A stretch of 64,000 nt of DNA from Wenzhouxiangellaceae bacterium (GCA_039794245.1 JBDIVS010000004.1:7109-71108), one strand, 5' to 3'. Positions 8,047 through 19,026 are shown, counted from the first letter of the stretch. Notes: generated from the sequence alone by a model not told the origin. A program made the numbers and translations.

Positions 8047-8499
8047 GTGTTTCAAGGCGAAGCCGCGATCAATCTCGACAGCAAGGGCCGGCTGGCGGTC
8101 CCGGCGCGCTTTCGCGCCCAGCTCGCCGAGCACGACAGCGATCGCCTGGTGTTCACCTACAGCGCCGCCGACGAGGGCTGCCTCTGGCTGTACCCGTTTG
8201 CCGAATGGGAACGGATCCGCGACGAACTCGGCCAGTTGCGCGGTATCGACGAGGCCGAGGATGCGCTGAAACGGCGGCTGGTGGGCTGCGCCGAGATGAC
8301 CACGCTCGACGCCGCCGGCCGCGTGCTTTTGCCGTTGTCGATGCGCCAGCGCTGCGGCCTCGAGGGCAAGGCTGTGATGATGGGCATGGTCAGCCGATTC
8401 GAAATCTGGAATGCCGAAGTGATCGCCGCCAAGGTCGCGCGCGATGCCGAATTGATTCGGACCCGGGCGACAGAGGCGATCTCACGGTTGCGGTTGTGA
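8047..8499 (+). CDS. mraZ: Transcriptional regulator MraZ
   Basis: 150 aa. Starts MFQGEAAINLDSKGRLAVPARFR. Duplicated SpoVT/AbrB-like halves. Confidence 0.95.
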   Translation: MFQGEAAINLDSKGRLAVPARFRAQLAEHDSDRLVFTYSAADEGCLWLYPFAEWERIRDELGQLRGIDEAEDALKRRLVGCAEMTTLDAAGRVLLPLSMRQRCGLEGKAVMMGMVSRFEIWNAEVIAAKVARDAELIRTRATEAISRLRL

Positions 8500-9452
8500 C
8501 AGCGGGCGCCTCGCGGCGGGATGCAAATGCACCCGCCGCGCATTTGCCGGTGCTGTTGGAAGAAGCGCTGGCGGCGCTCGCCGTGCGCCCGGACGGGCGC
8601 TATCTCGATGCGACCTATGGCCGCGGCGGCCATAGCGCGGCGATTTTACGGCACTTGGGAACGGAGGGCCGATTGTTGGCGATGGACCGTGATCCGGAGG
8701 CGGCAAAGGCTGCGGCGGTGCGCCACGGCGGCGATTCGCGCTTTTTGTTTTACCGCCTGCCGTTCGCGGCGCTCGACGAGGCGCTGGCCGCGGCCGGCTG
8801 GGACGAGATCGACGGCGTGCTGTTCGACCTCGGTGTCTCGTCGCCGCAACTCGACGACCCCGGCCGCGGTTTCAGTTTCACACACGACGGCCCGCTCGAC
8901 CTGCGCATGGATCCGGATTCCGGGCAAAGCGCCGCCGCGTGGCTCAAGACGGCAGGCGAACAGGAGATCGCCCGGGTGCTGAAGGAGTACGGCGAGGAAC
9001 GTCTGGCACGGCGCATCGCGCGGGCGATCGTCAGCCGGCGGGCGAGTGCGCCGCTCGAGACAACCCGGCAACTGGCCGATCTCGTGGCCGGCTGCGGCGT
9101 CCGGCGCGAGCCCGGCAAGCACCCGGCGACGCGGACCTTCCAGGCGCTCAGGATCGCGGTCAACGACGAATTGCGGCAATTGGACGAGGCATTGAACAAG
9201 GCGTTGGGGAAATTGGCGGCCGGCGGCCGGCTGGTGGTGATCAGCTTTCACTCGCTCGAGGACCGGCTGGTGAAGCGGGCGTTCGCCCGGGTTGCCCGGC
9301 CGGCGCCGGGCAACCGCCGGCTGCCGCCACGGGAGACGGCGCCCATGGGCTACCGGCTGGTCGGCCGGGCGCTCAGGCCGCAGGCGGCCGAGATCGCTGC
9401 CAACCCGCGGGCGCGCAGTGCCGTGCTGCGCGCCGTGGAGCGAATCGCATGA
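8496..9452 (+). CDS. rsmH: 16S rRNA (cytosine1402-N4)-methyltransferase
   Basis: HLPVLLEEAL...YLDATYGRGGHS...DLGVSSPQLD...SFHSLEDR. GTG 8496 overlaps the mraZ stop (GTGA). The 481-aa track ORF carries a spurious N-terminal extension. Confidence 0.9.
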   Translation: MTAGASRRDANAPAAHLPVLLEEALAALAVRPDGRYLDATYGRGGHSAAILRHLGTEGRLLAMDRDPEAAKAAAVRHGGDSRFLFYRLPFAALDEALAAAGWDEIDGVLFDLGVSSPQLDDPGRGFSFTHDGPLDLRMDPDSGQSAAAWLKTAGEQEIARVLKEYGEERLARRIARAIVSRRASAPLETTRQLADLVAGCGVRREPGKHPATRTFQALRIAVNDELRQLDEALNKALGKLAAGGRLVVISFHSLEDRLVKRAFARVARPAPGNRRLPPRETAPMGYRLVGRALRPQAAEIAANPRARSAVLRAVERIA

Positions 9453-9766
9453 CCCGGCACAGCGCTATCGCCTTGCTGCTCGCCGTCGCCGTGCAGGTGG
9501 CGACCGCGCTCGGCATCGTCTGGCTGCGGCACCAGGGGCGGATGACCTACACCGAACTGCAGGCGGTGCAGGCGGCGATCGACGCCGAGCTCGATCTGTG
9601 GAGCCGGCTGCAACTGCAAAGCGCGACATTGGCCGCGGCGCAGCGGGTCGAGGACCGCGCCCGGCGCGAACTTAAGATGCGCGAGGTGGAACGACCGCGG
9701 GTGCTGATTCTCAACGACGAAGCGGACAATGAGGACCTTTTCGACAAGAAAGGGGACGGGCGATGA
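9449..9766 (+). CDS. ftsL: Cell division protein FtsL
   Basis: 105 aa from ATG 9449 (ATGA overlap). A single TM followed by a coiled-coil region, in the canonical position. Confidence 0.85.
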   Translation: MTRHSAIALLLAVAVQVATALGIVWLRHQGRMTYTELQAVQAAIDAELDLWSRLQLQSATLAAAQRVEDRARRELKMREVERPRVLILNDEADNEDLFDKKGDGR

Positions 9767-11475
9767 AAGAGGCGCGCTCGACAACTTCGCCCACTGCCAC
9801 GGCCGTCGGACGCCTCGGCGTGCTGCTCGCCTTTTTTGCGCTGGCGGCGCTGGCGCTGGTGGCGCGGGCCGTGAACTTGCAGGTCATGGAAGCCGACGCC
9901 TGGCAGGACGAAGGCGCGGCGCAATATCTCAGAACCGTTGAACTGCCGGTGGTCCGCGGTCAGATCAACGACCGCAACGGCGAACCCCTGGCGGTCAGTA
10001 CGCCGGTCACCTCGCTGGCCGCGAAGCCGGCGCGGCTGCTCGACGTGCCGGGGCAGACGGCCCGGCTTGCCGGGCTGCTGGATTATGCCGCCGATGACCT
10101 CGAACGGACGCTGGTCAGCCGGCAAGCGCGCGATTTTCTCTGGCTGCGCCGGCACCTTTTGCCGGAAACCGCCGCCGCGCTGCGCGATTCGGGCATTGAG
10201 GGGTTGATCTTCCGCCGCGAATACAAACGCTTTTATCCGGCCGGCGAAGTGGCGGCGCAGGTCATCGGCCTGACCAATATCGACGATATCGGCCAGGAGG
10301 GCGTCGAGTTGATGTTCAACGATTGGCTGCGCGGCACACCCGGCAGCCAGCGCGTGATCCGCGATGCCCGCGGTCGGGTGATCAGGCACGTCGAACGGTT
10401 GCGCGATGCCGCGCCGGGGCGCGACCTGACTTTGACCATCGACCTGCGCTTGCAGTACCTGGCTTATCGCGAGTTGCAGGCGGCGGTTCTCGAACACGGC
10501 GCCGGGGCGGCGAGCCTGGTGCTGCTCGATGCGCAAAACGGCGACATCCTGGCGCTGGTCAATTATCCGTCGTTCAACCCCAACCAGCGCAGCGTCAAAC
10601 CCGGCGACGAGATGCGCAACCGGGCGCTGACCGACCCGTTCGAGCCGGGGTCGGTGATCAAACCGTTCATCGCCGCGGCCTATCTCGAAGCCGGGATCGC
10701 GACGCCGGCGACGCCGGTCGATACCACGCCGGGGCGGCTGCCGGTCGGCGATTTCACCGTGCGCGACATCCGCGATTACGGCCAGCTCGACTTGACCGGT
10801 GTGCTCGCCAAATCGAGCAACGTCGGGATGGCCAAACTGGCCTTGACGGTGCCCGGTGAGCACCTGCGCAATGTGCTCGAACGCTTCGGCTTCGGGGCGA
10901 TCTCAGGTACCGGTTTCCCCGGCGAATCGCCCGGCGTCCTGCGCCGCCGCCAGCGCTGGACGCCGCTCGAACAGGCGACGTTGTCTTATGGTTACGGCCT
11001 GTCGGTGACCTTATTGCAGCTCGCTCAGGCGTACGGCGCGATCGCCGCCGGCGGCCGGTTGCACGAGCCCAGGCTGCTGCGCCTCGAGACGCCGCCGGCG
11101 ACGCGCTCGGTGCTCGACCCGGCGCTCGCCCGGCAATTGACCGCGATGCTCGAGGCGGTCACCGCGCCGGGCGGTACGGGCAGCGCGGCGCGTGTGCCGC
11201 TGTACCGTGTTGCGGGCAAGACCGGCACCTCGCGCAAGAACAGCGAAGGGGTGTACCAGGCGCGTTACTTCGCGAGTTTCGCCGGCTTCGCGCCGGTCAG
11301 CCGGCCGGCGCTGGTGCTGGCCGTGCAGCTTGACGATCCGGCCGGCGACGACTATTACGGCGGGGCGATCGCGGCGCCGGTGTTCGCCCGGGTGATGGCC
11401 GGGGCGTTGCGTATTCTCGATATCCCGCCCGACGATTACGACCAGTTGTACGCGGCGGCGGAAGCGCGGCGATGA
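9763..11475 (+). CDS. ftsI: Peptidoglycan D,D-transpeptidase FtsI (PBP3)
   Basis: 570 aa with the GSVIKPF (SxxK), KSSNVG (SxN) and KTGT motifs. Confidence 0.95.
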   Translation: MKEARSTTSPTATAVGRLGVLLAFFALAALALVARAVNLQVMEADAWQDEGAAQYLRTVELPVVRGQINDRNGEPLAVSTPVTSLAAKPARLLDVPGQTARLAGLLDYAADDLERTLVSRQARDFLWLRRHLLPETAAALRDSGIEGLIFRREYKRFYPAGEVAAQVIGLTNIDDIGQEGVELMFNDWLRGTPGSQRVIRDARGRVIRHVERLRDAAPGRDLTLTIDLRLQYLAYRELQAAVLEHGAGAASLVLLDAQNGDILALVNYPSFNPNQRSVKPGDEMRNRALTDPFEPGSVIKPFIAAAYLEAGIATPATPVDTTPGRLPVGDFTVRDIRDYGQLDLTGVLAKSSNVGMAKLALTVPGEHLRNVLERFGFGAISGTGFPGESPGVLRRRQRWTPLEQATLSYGYGLSVTLLQLAQAYGAIAAGGRLHEPRLLRLETPPATRSVLDPALARQLTAMLEAVTAPGGTGSAARVPLYRVAGKTGTSRKNSEGVYQARYFASFAGFAPVSRPALVLAVQLDDPAGDDYYGGAIAAPVFARVMAGALRILDIPPDDYDQLYAAAEARR

Positions 11476-12947
11476 TACGGCGCCGTCTTCTCGCCGACTG
11501 GCTGGCGCCGTGGCTGCCGGCGGCCGAGCTGCCGCCGCTTGAGGTCCGCGGTGTCGTTGCCGATTCGCGGCGGGTCCGCCGGGGCGAGGTGTTCTGCGCC
11601 GTCCGCGGGGCAGGCCACGATGGTCTCGATTTCGCCGCCGAGGCCGTTGCCCGCGGCGCCGTTGCCGTGCTCGCCGCGCCGCGCCCGAGCCGGCCGGTGC
11701 TCGGTGTGCCGGTGATCTATATCGAGGCGTTCGAAAATCACCTCGGGGCGATCGCCGCGCGCTTTTACGATGACCCGTCCGGACGGCTGCGGGTGATCGG
11801 GATCACCGGCACCAACGGCAAAAGTTCGGTTGCCCATTTTCTCGCCCAGGCCTGGTCGGCGGTCAGTGGTCAGCCGGGCGCTCTGTGCGGGACGCTGGGC
11901 AGCGGCCCGCCCGCCGACCTCAAACCGCTCGCTCATACCACACCGGATGCAGTCACCTTGCAGGGCGAGCTGGCGCGCCTGGCCGCTGCCGGTTACGGCA
12001 TGGTCGCGCTGGAAGTGTCGTCGCATGCCCTGAGCCAGGGGCGGGTCAACGGCACGCATTTCACCGCCGCGGTGTTCACCAATCTGAGCCGCGATCACCT
12101 CGATTATCACGAGGATCTAAGCGTTTACGGAGCGACCAAGGCGCGGTTGTTTTATGAACACGCCCCCGGTCTTGCCGTGTTGAATACCGCCGACGCCTTC
12201 GGCGCGGCGCTCGCCGCCGAGTTGAACGGCCGCCTGCCCGTGGTGCGTTATGCCGTCGATGCCCACGCCCCGGCCGATGTCCGCGGCACCGTGGAGATGG
12301 TGAGCGCCGCCGGCCTCAAGCTCCGGCTCGCCACGCCGTGGGGCGAAGCGTCGATCGCGCCTTCGATCCTCGGCCGTTTCCAGGCACACAACATCACCGC
12401 CGCGGCCGCCGCGCTGGGCGGCCTGGGACTGCCTTTCGATCGTCTCGCCGCCGCGCTTGACGCCCTAGCTCCGGTGCCCGGCCGGATGCAGCCGGTGACG
12501 ATCGGCAACGGGCGGCCGGCGGTGCTCGTCGATTACGCCCACACGCCCGATGCGCTCGCCAACGCCCTGCGCACGGCGCGCGAGATGACCGGCGGCCGGC
12601 TGTGCGTGGTCTTCGGTTGCGGCGGCGAGCGGGATCCGGGCAAGCGGCCGTTGATGGGCGAGGTTGCGGTGTCGCTCGCCGACCGGGTGATTCTGACCGA
12701 CGACAACCCGCGCCACGAATCGCCGGCGGCGATTGTCGCGGCGATCGAAAGCGGCATGACCGGTGCGGCCTTTGATGTGATCCACGACCGGGCGGCGGCG
12801 ATCCGGACGGCGATCGCCGCCGCCGGGCCCGGCGATCTGGTGCTGATCGCCGGCAAGGGCCACGAGAAGGTCCAGATGATCGGCGACCGGCGCCGGCCGT
12901 TCGACGACGCGGCGGTGGCCCGCCACTGCCTGGAGGAAGCGGCATGA
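11472..12947 (+). CDS. murE: UDP-N-acetylmuramoyl-L-alanyl-D-glutamate--2,6-diaminopimelate ligase
   Basis: 491 aa. GITGTNGKSS P-loop, Mur ligase middle and C domains (DDNPR), position in the cluster. Confidence 0.93.
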   Translation: MIRRRLLADWLAPWLPAAELPPLEVRGVVADSRRVRRGEVFCAVRGAGHDGLDFAAEAVARGAVAVLAAPRPSRPVLGVPVIYIEAFENHLGAIAARFYDDPSGRLRVIGITGTNGKSSVAHFLAQAWSAVSGQPGALCGTLGSGPPADLKPLAHTTPDAVTLQGELARLAAAGYGMVALEVSSHALSQGRVNGTHFTAAVFTNLSRDHLDYHEDLSVYGATKARLFYEHAPGLAVLNTADAFGAALAAELNGRLPVVRYAVDAHAPADVRGTVEMVSAAGLKLRLATPWGEASIAPSILGRFQAHNITAAAAALGGLGLPFDRLAAALDALAPVPGRMQPVTIGNGRPAVLVDYAHTPDALANALRTAREMTGGRLCVVFGCGGERDPGKRPLMGEVAVSLADRVILTDDNPRHESPAAIVAAIESGMTGAAFDVIHDRAAAIRTAIAAAGPGDLVLIAGKGHEKVQMIGDRRRPFDDAAVARHCLEEAA

Positions 12948-14272
12948 TCCGGATGTCGCTCAGCCGGGCGGCGGCGGTGACCGGCGGCGTGGTCCACGGC
13001 GCTGACGTGACATGGTGCGGCATCGGCATCGACAGCCGCAAGATCCGGCCGGGCATGCTGTTCGTCGCGTTGCCCGGCAGCCGGGCCGACGGCCACGATT
13101 TTGTTACCGCCGCGGCGCAGGCCGGCGCCGCCGCGGCGCTAGTCCAACGCGTGCAGCCGGTCGCTCTGCCGCAACTGGTCGTGGACTTTGGCGAACGCGC
13201 CCTCGGCCGCCTCGCCGCGGCGTGGCGCGCCGGGATGGGGGCGATCGTCATTGCGATCACCGGCAGCAACGGCAAAACGACGGTCAAGAACCTGCTGGCC
13301 GCCGTGCTGGCCCTGGAGGCGCCGGTGCTGGCCACCGCCGGCAATCTGAACAACGAACTCGGCGTGCCGCTGACGCTGGCCGGCCTCGGCCCCGAGCATC
13401 GTTACGCGGTGCTCGAAATGGGCGCCCGCCGGCCGGGCGACCTGACGTACCTGGCTTCGCTGGCCCGGCCCACCGTGGCACTGGTCAACAATGCCGCGCC
13501 GGCGCACCTGGAGACTTTCGGCAGCCTGGAAGGGGTAGCCCGCGGCAAGGGCGAGATTTATACTGCGCTGCCGCCCGACGGCATTGCCGTGGTCAACGCC
13601 GATGAATCGTTCGCCGCGGAGTGGGCGGCGCTCGCCGCGCCGCGGCGCATCGTGCGTTTCGGCCGCAGCGCGGCGGCCGACGTCCGGCTGGTCGATGACG
13701 ATGCCGTGATTGTCACACCGGGCGGCCGCTTTTTGCTCGAATTGCAACTGCCCGGCGCCCACAACCGGATGAACGCGGCGGCCGCCGCGGCGCTGGCCTA
13801 CGCCCTCGACGTGCCGGCCGCGACGATCGCTGCCGGTCTGGCGGCGGTCGGACCCGAAGCCGGCAGGCTGGTCAGAACGGTCACGGGCCGCGGCTTTACT
13901 GTCATTGATGACAGCTACAACGCCAACCCGGCGTCGCTCGCCGCGGCGCTGGAAGCCGCCGCCGGCGGCGGGCCGCTGTGGCTGGTCCTCGGCGATCTCG
14001 CCGAACTCGGCGCGCAAAGCCCTGCATTGCACGCCACGATGGGCCGCACGGCGCGGGCCGCGGGCGTCGCGCGGCTGTTTGCCTGCGGGCCGCTTTGCCG
14101 CCATACGGTCGAAGCTTTCGGCGCCGGCGGGGCTCATTTCACCAGCCGCGAGGCGCTGCTCGCCGCGCTGGTGCCGCAACTTGCGCCCGGCATCGTCTGC
14201 CTGGTCAAAGGCTCGCGCTCGGCCGGCATGGAGCATGTCGCGCAGGCGCTGCTCGCCGCAGGGGGTGCGTGA
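12944..14272 (+). CDS. murF: UDP-N-acetylmuramoyl-tripeptide--D-alanyl-D-alanine ligase
   Basis: 442 aa. [10 protein letters not shown]-loop, DDSYNANP, position. Confidence 0.93.
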   Translation: MIRMSLSRAAAVTGGVVHGADVTWCGIGIDSRKIRPGMLFVALPGSRADGHDFVTAAAQAGAAAALVQRVQPVALPQLVVDFGERALGRLAAAWRAGMGAIVIAITGSNGKTTVKNLLAAVLALEAPVLATAGNLNNELGVPLTLAGLGPEHRYAVLEMGARRPGDLTYLASLARPTVALVNNAAPAHLETFGSLEGVARGKGEIYTALPPDGIAVVNADESFAAEWAALAAPRRIVRFGRSAAADVRLVDDDAVIVTPGGRFLLELQLPGAHNRMNAAAAAALAYALDVPAATIAAGLAAVGPEAGRLVRTVTGRGFTVIDDSYNANPASLAAALEAAAGGGPLWLVLGDLAELGAQSPALHATMGRTARAAGVARLFACGPLCRHTVEAFGAGGAHFTSREALLAALVPQLAPGIVCLVKGSRSAGMEHVAQALLAAGGA

Positions 14273-15354
14273 TGCTGCTGTGGATCAGCCAGCAATTGAG
14301 CGCGCTCAATCCGGATTTCAACCTGTTCGGCTATATCACGGCGCGCACGATCCTCGCGGCGCTGACCGCGCTCGCCGTCGCGCTGTTCGCCGGGCCGACC
14401 ATGATCCGCCGCCTCAAGGGCATGCAGATCGGCCAGACGGTGCGCCCGGAAGGGCCGCAGAGCCATCTCGTCAAGGCCGGCACGCCGACGATGGGCGGGG
14501 CGCTGATCCTGGTCGCCGTGGTGCTCGGCGTACTCGCCTGGGGCGACCTCAATAACCATTACGTCTGGACGGTCCTCGCTGTCACCGTCGCCTTCGGGGC
14601 GATCGGCTGGTACGACGATTACCGCAAGCTGGTGCGCCGCGACAGCCGCGGCCTGCCGGCGCGCTGGAAATATCTCGGCCAGTCGCTGGCCGGCCTCGGT
14701 GCCGCGGTGTACCTCTACAGCCAGGCCCGGGAGCCGGCGGCGACGGCGCTGCTCTTGCCGTTCTTCAAGGACGCCGTGATCCCGCTCGGCGCCGGATTTA
14801 TCGTCCTGGTCTATTTCGTGATCGTCGGCAGCAGCAATGCCGTCAACCTGACCGACGGCCTGGACGGCCTGGCGATCATGCCGGTCGTCCTGATCGCCGG
14901 CGCATTAGGTGTATTTGCCTATGCCACGGGCAACAGCATCTTCGCCGGGTACCTAGCCATCCCTTACGTCGCCGGGGCCGGCGAACTGGCCGTGGTGTGC
15001 GGCGCGCTGGCCGGCGCCGGGCTCGGTTTTTTGTGGTTCAACACCTACCCGGCGCAGGTGTTCATGGGCGACATCGGCGCTCTGGCGCTCGGCGCCGCGC
15101 TCGGCACGATCGCGGTGATCGTCCGCCAGGAGCTGGTGTTCATGTTGATGTCCGGGGTTTTCGTGATCGAGACGTTGTCGGTGATCATCCAGGTCGCGTC
15201 GTTCAAGCTGACCGGCAAGCGGGTGTTCAAGATGGCGCCGCTGCACCATCACTACGAACTGCGCGGCTGGCCCGAGCCGCGGGTGATCGTCCGCTTCTGG
15301 ATCATCTCGGTGATTTTGGTGCTGTTCGGTCTTTTGACCCTGAAGGTGCGCTGA
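14272..15354 (+). CDS. mraY: Phospho-N-acetylmuramoyl-pentapeptide transferase
   Basis: 360 aa from ATG 14272. MLLWISQQL..., [13 protein letters not shown] and PLHHHYEL motifs. Confidence 0.95.
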   Translation: MLLWISQQLSALNPDFNLFGYITARTILAALTALAVALFAGPTMIRRLKGMQIGQTVRPEGPQSHLVKAGTPTMGGALILVAVVLGVLAWGDLNNHYVWTVLAVTVAFGAIGWYDDYRKLVRRDSRGLPARWKYLGQSLAGLGAAVYLYSQAREPAATALLLPFFKDAVIPLGAGFIVLVYFVIVGSSNAVNLTDGLDGLAIMPVVLIAGALGVFAYATGNSIFAGYLAIPYVAGAGELAVVCGALAGAGLGFLWFNTYPAQVFMGDIGALALGAALGTIAVIVRQELVFMLMSGVFVIETLSVIIQVASFKLTGKRVFKMAPLHHHYELRGWPEPRVIVRFWIISVILVLFGLLTLKVR

Positions 15355-16535
15355 TGAACGCCGCATCCACAAGGCAGGCGATCCGCCACGGCGAGCGCGG
15401 CGAGCGGCTGGCGCTCGATGCGGCGATCTGGATTCCGGCGCTGCTGATCGCCGCGTTCGGTGTCGTGATGGTCGCCTCGTCGTCGGTGGCGATCGCCGAA
15501 CGGGCCGGGGTTGCGCCGTTCAGTTTCGTCGCCCGCCATCTATTGTTCATGGCCATCGGCGCCGGCCTCGGCGCGGCGTTGTACCACGCCGGCAGCCAGG
15601 CGCTCGAGCGGGTCAGCCGGCCGCTGGCCTTGCTCGCCGTATTGCTCCTGCTTTTGCCGCTGCTCCCCGGCATCGGTGTCGAGATCAACGGCGCGCGGCG
15701 CTGGATCGAATTGGGCGTCACCCGTTTCCAGGTGGTCGAAGCGGTGAAACTGTTGCTGATCCTGGCGATCGCCGGCTACCTCGCCCGGCAGCGGGCGAGC
15801 GCCCGCGGTTCGTTCTGGGTGACGCTCAAGCCGCTGCTCCTCGGCGCGCTTCTGGCGGCGCTGCTGCTCAAGCAGCCCGATATGGGCAGCGCCCTGGTGC
15901 TGCTGGCGATTGCCGGCGGCATGGTGCTGCTCGCCGGCGCCCCGTGGCGGCATTTGATGCTGCCGGCGCTCGGCAGCGTGCCGTTGTTGACGATGGCGGC
16001 GCTCGAACCGTACCGCTGGGCGCGGTTGACGACATTCATCGCCCCCGAGAAGGATCCGACGGGCGACGGTTACCAACTGCTGCAGGCGTTGATCGCGGTC
16101 GGCCGCGGCGAATTGTTCGGCGTCGGGCTCGGGGCCAGCATCCAGAAATTGTTTTATCTGCCCGAGGCGCACAATGACTTCGTTTTCGCCGTCATCGCCG
16201 AGGAACTCGGACTGGCCGGCGTCGTCGCCGTGCTCGCCGCCTTCGCCGTGCTGGTCGGCCGCATCCTGCTCGGCGGCTTGGCCGCCGAGCGCCTGGGACA
16301 ACCGTTCAGCGCCTTCGTGTTGTACGGCATCGGCCTGTGGCTCGGCTTGCAGGTGCTGATCAGCTCCGGGGTCAACCTCGGCGTGTTGCCGACCACTGGA
16401 CTGACCTTGCCGCTGATCAGCACCGGCGGCAGCAGCATGGTGATGGTCGGGGCGGCGCTCGGCCTGGCCCTGCGCCTCAAGCGCGAGATCGACGACGAGC
16501 GTCTGGCGGCGCCGCGACGGAGGGTGTGGGCATGA
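15354..16535 (+). CDS. ftsW: Peptidoglycan glycosyltransferase / lipid II flippase FtsW
   Basis: 393 aa from ATG 15354, sharing one nucleotide with the mraY stop. SEDS-family polytopic protein (PEAHNDFVFAVIAEELG). Confidence 0.93.
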   Translation: MNAASTRQAIRHGERGERLALDAAIWIPALLIAAFGVVMVASSSVAIAERAGVAPFSFVARHLLFMAIGAGLGAALYHAGSQALERVSRPLALLAVLLLLLPLLPGIGVEINGARRWIELGVTRFQVVEAVKLLLILAIAGYLARQRASARGSFWVTLKPLLLGALLAALLLKQPDMGSALVLLAIAGGMVLLAGAPWRHLMLPALGSVPLLTMAALEPYRWARLTTFIAPEKDPTGDGYQLLQALIAVGRGELFGVGLGASIQKLFYLPEAHNDFVFAVIAEELGLAGVVAVLAAFAVLVGRILLGGLAAERLGQPFSAFVLYGIGLWLGLQVLISSGVNLGVLPTTGLTLPLISTGGSSMVMVGAALGLALRLKREIDDERLAAPRRRVWA

Positions 16536-17611
16536 ACGGCGCAGTGGAGAAAGTGCTGATCATGGCTGCCGGCACCGGTGGGCATATCTTTCCCGGCCTG
16601 GCGGTCGGCGCGGCGCTCGCGGCGCGCGGCGCGGCCGTCATCTGGCTCGGGACACCGGCCGGCATGGAGGGGCGACTGGTCAGGGACGCCGGTTACCCGC
16701 TGTTCACGATCGCGATCGGGGGGTTGCGCGGCCGCGGCCTTGGCGCCTGGCTGCTTGGCCCGTGGCGGGCCGGCCGTGCCGTGTTCGCGGCGCTGGCGAT
16801 CCTGCGCCGCGAGCGCCCGGCGTGCGTGTTGAGCATGGGCGGCTATGTCGCCGGGCCGGGCGGGGTGGCGGCGCGGCTGGCCGGCATCCCGCTCGTGATC
16901 CATGAACAAAACCGCATTCCGGGCCTGACCAACCGCTGGCTGGCGCGCTTTGCGGCGATCGTCTGCACCGGCTTTGCCGGGACGTTCGAGCGACCGGGCG
17001 TCAGGGTCACCGGCAACCCGGTCCGCGGCGCCCTGCTGGCTGCTGACAACGTCCGGGAGCGGTATCGCCGGCGGCAGGGGCCGCCGCGGCTATTGGTTCT
17101 CGGCGGCAGCCGCGGGGCAAGGTATTTCAACGAAACGGTGCCGCCGGCGCTCGCGGCTTTCGCGGCCGGCACCGTCCCTGAGGTGCGCCACCAGTGCGGT
17201 GAAAACGCCGTGGCGGAAACCCGGGCGGCCTATCAGCGCGGCGGTATCGCCGCCGATGTCGTGCCGTTCATCGACGATATGGCCGCCGCCTATGGCTGGG
17301 CCGACCTGGTGCTGGCGCGCAGCGGGGCGCTGACTGTCAGCGAACTGGCGGCTGCCGGGGTGGCCGCGTTTCTGGTGCCATACCCGTATGCCGTCGACGA
17401 TCACCAGTGGGCCAACGGCGAAATCCTCGCGGCGGCCGGCGCGGCCCGCCTCGAACGCCAGGACGGACTCGACGCCGCACACCTGGCGGCCGGGCTCGAA
17501 CCGCTGCTCAACGACCGTCCATTGCTCGCGACGATGGCCGAGTCGGCCCGCCGGCTGGCTCGCTCCGACGCCGCCGAGCAGGTCGCCGCGGCCTGCCTGG
17601 AGGCGATGTGA
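16532..17611 (+). CDS. murG: UDP-N-acetylglucosamine--N-acetylmuramyl-(pentapeptide) pyrophosphoryl-undecaprenol GlcNAc transferase
   Basis: 359 aa from ATG 16532. AAGTGGHIFPGLAV and GALTVSELAAAG motifs. Confidence 0.95.
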   Translation: MNGAVEKVLIMAAGTGGHIFPGLAVGAALAARGAAVIWLGTPAGMEGRLVRDAGYPLFTIAIGGLRGRGLGAWLLGPWRAGRAVFAALAILRRERPACVLSMGGYVAGPGGVAARLAGIPLVIHEQNRIPGLTNRWLARFAAIVCTGFAGTFERPGVRVTGNPVRGALLAADNVRERYRRRQGPPRLLVLGGSRGARYFNETVPPALAAFAAGTVPEVRHQCGENAVAETRAAYQRGGIAADVVPFIDDMAAAYGWADLVLARSGALTVSELAAAGVAAFLVPYPYAVDDHQWANGEILAAAGAARLERQDGLDAAHLAAGLEPLLNDRPLLATMAESARRLARSDAAEQVAAACLEAM

Positions 17612-19026
17612 TGACCCGCCGGAGCCGCTTTCAGGACCGCGTGCGCCGCGTGCACATGGTCGGCATCGGCGGCGCCGGCATGAGCGGCATCGCTGAGGTG
17701 CTGATGCGGCTCGGTTTTACCGTCACCGGCAGCGATCTGGCCGACAGCGAGGCCGTCCGCCGCCTGCGCCGGCTTGGGGCCGTTGTCCATCCGGCTCACG
17801 ACGCGGCGCAGGTCGAAGGGGCCGATGTCCTGGTCGTCTCCAGTGCCATCGCTGCCGGCAACCCCGAGATCGCCGCGGCCCGTGCGGCGCGGATTCCGGT
17901 CGTGCCGCGGGCCGAGATGCTCGGTGAGCTGATGCGCTTCCGCGAGGGCATTGCGGTGGCCGGCAGTCACGGCAAAACGACGACCACCAGCCTGACGGCG
18001 AGCCTGCTGGCCGCCGGCGGACTCGATCCGACCTGTGTCATCGGTGGCGTCGTCAATGCCTTCGGCAGCCATGCCCGCCTGGGCGGCGGTTCGTACTTGG
18101 TGGCCGAAGCCGACGAGAGCGATGGGACGTTCTTGTTGTTGCAGCCGATGATCGCGGTCGTCACCAACATCGATCGCGACCACCTCGGCCACTACGGCGG
18201 CCGTTTCGATCGCCTGGTCGCGGCCTTCGAGGAATTCGTCCATCACGTGCCGTTTTACGGCCTGGTGGTGATCGCCGGCGACGATCCCGAACTCCAGGCG
18301 CTGGCGCCGCGCATCCACCGGCCGCTGTTGGTCGCCGGTCTCGCGGCCGATGCCGGGGTGCGGGCCAGCGCGGTCGTGGCTGAGGGCCTGGCGATGCGCT
18401 TTATGCTGCACCTGCCGGGCGCGGCGCCGCAGCCCGTCCGGCTCAACCTGCCGGGGGTGCACAACGTGCAGAACGCCTTGTGTGCCGCGGCCGTGGCGTA
18501 TGAACTCGGGGTCGATGCCCGGACCATTGCCGCCGCCCTCGGCGAGTTCGGCGGTGTCGGCCGGCGTTTCGCCCTGATCGGCCGCTGGGCCGTCGCCGGC
18601 GGCGAAGCCGAGTTGTACGAGGATTATGCCCACCACCCGCGCGAGATCGCGGCGGTGATGGCGGCGGCGCGCGCCGCCTGGCCCGGCCGGCGGTTGGTCG
18701 TCGTTTTCCAGCCGCACCGCTACAGCCGGACCCGGGACCTGATCGACGAATTCGCTGCCGTGCTGGCCGCCGCCGATGTGCTGCTCGTCGCCCCGGTCTA
18801 CGCCGCGGGCGAAGCGGTGATCGAGGAAGGGCGGGCCGAACGGCTGTGCCGGACGATCCGCTCGCACGGCAAGGTCGAACCGGTTTATCTCCCCGAACTT
18901 TGCGCCTTACGCGATAGGCTGCCGCGCTTTCTCGCGGCCGGCGACCACGTCCTTCTGCTCGGCGCCGGCGATATCGGCCGCCTCTCCGCCGAGTTGCGCA
19001 GCGAGTTGGCGGAGGCGGCGGCATGA
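17611..19026 (+). CDS. murC: UDP-N-acetylmuramate--L-alanine ligase
   Basis: 471 aa from ATG 17611. VHMVGIGGAGMSGIAEVL and GSHGKTTTTS motifs. Confidence 0.95.
   Translation: MTRRSRFQDRVRRVHMVGIGGAGMSGIAEVLMRLGFTVTGSDLADSEAVRRLRRLGAVVHPAHDAAQVEGADVLVVSSAIAAGNPEIAAARAARIPVVPRAEMLGELMRFREGIAVAGSHGKTTTTSLTASLLAAGGLDPTCVIGGVVNAFGSHARLGGGSYLVAEADESDGTFLLLQPMIAVVTNIDRDHLGHYGGRFDRLVAAFEEFVHHVPFYGLVVIAGDDPELQALAPRIHRPLLVAGLAADAGVRASAVVAEGLAMRFMLHLPGAAPQPVRLNLPGVHNVQNALCAAAVAYELGVDARTIAAALGEFGGVGRRFALIGRWAVAGGEAELYEDYAHHPREIAAVMAAARAAWPGRRLVVVFQPHRYSRTRDLIDEFAAVLAAADVLLVAPVYAAGEAVIEEGRAERLCRTIRSHGKVEPVYLPELCALRDRLPRFLAAGDHVLLLGAGDIGRLSAELRSELAEAAA

Noticed and set aside
8007-8495. N-terminal extensions of track ORFs. 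Affected genes: rsmH (8007), ftsL (8939), mraY (13978), ftsW (14997), murG (16337), murC (17407), ftsQ (19790), ftsA (20553), the GMC gene (40069), pntAA (31363) and the ABC ATPase (48010).
   Set aside because: The extensions overlap the preceding gene in another frame and lack family similarity. Internal starts that overlap the upstream stop by 1-28 nt reproduce canonical protein N-termini and lengths.
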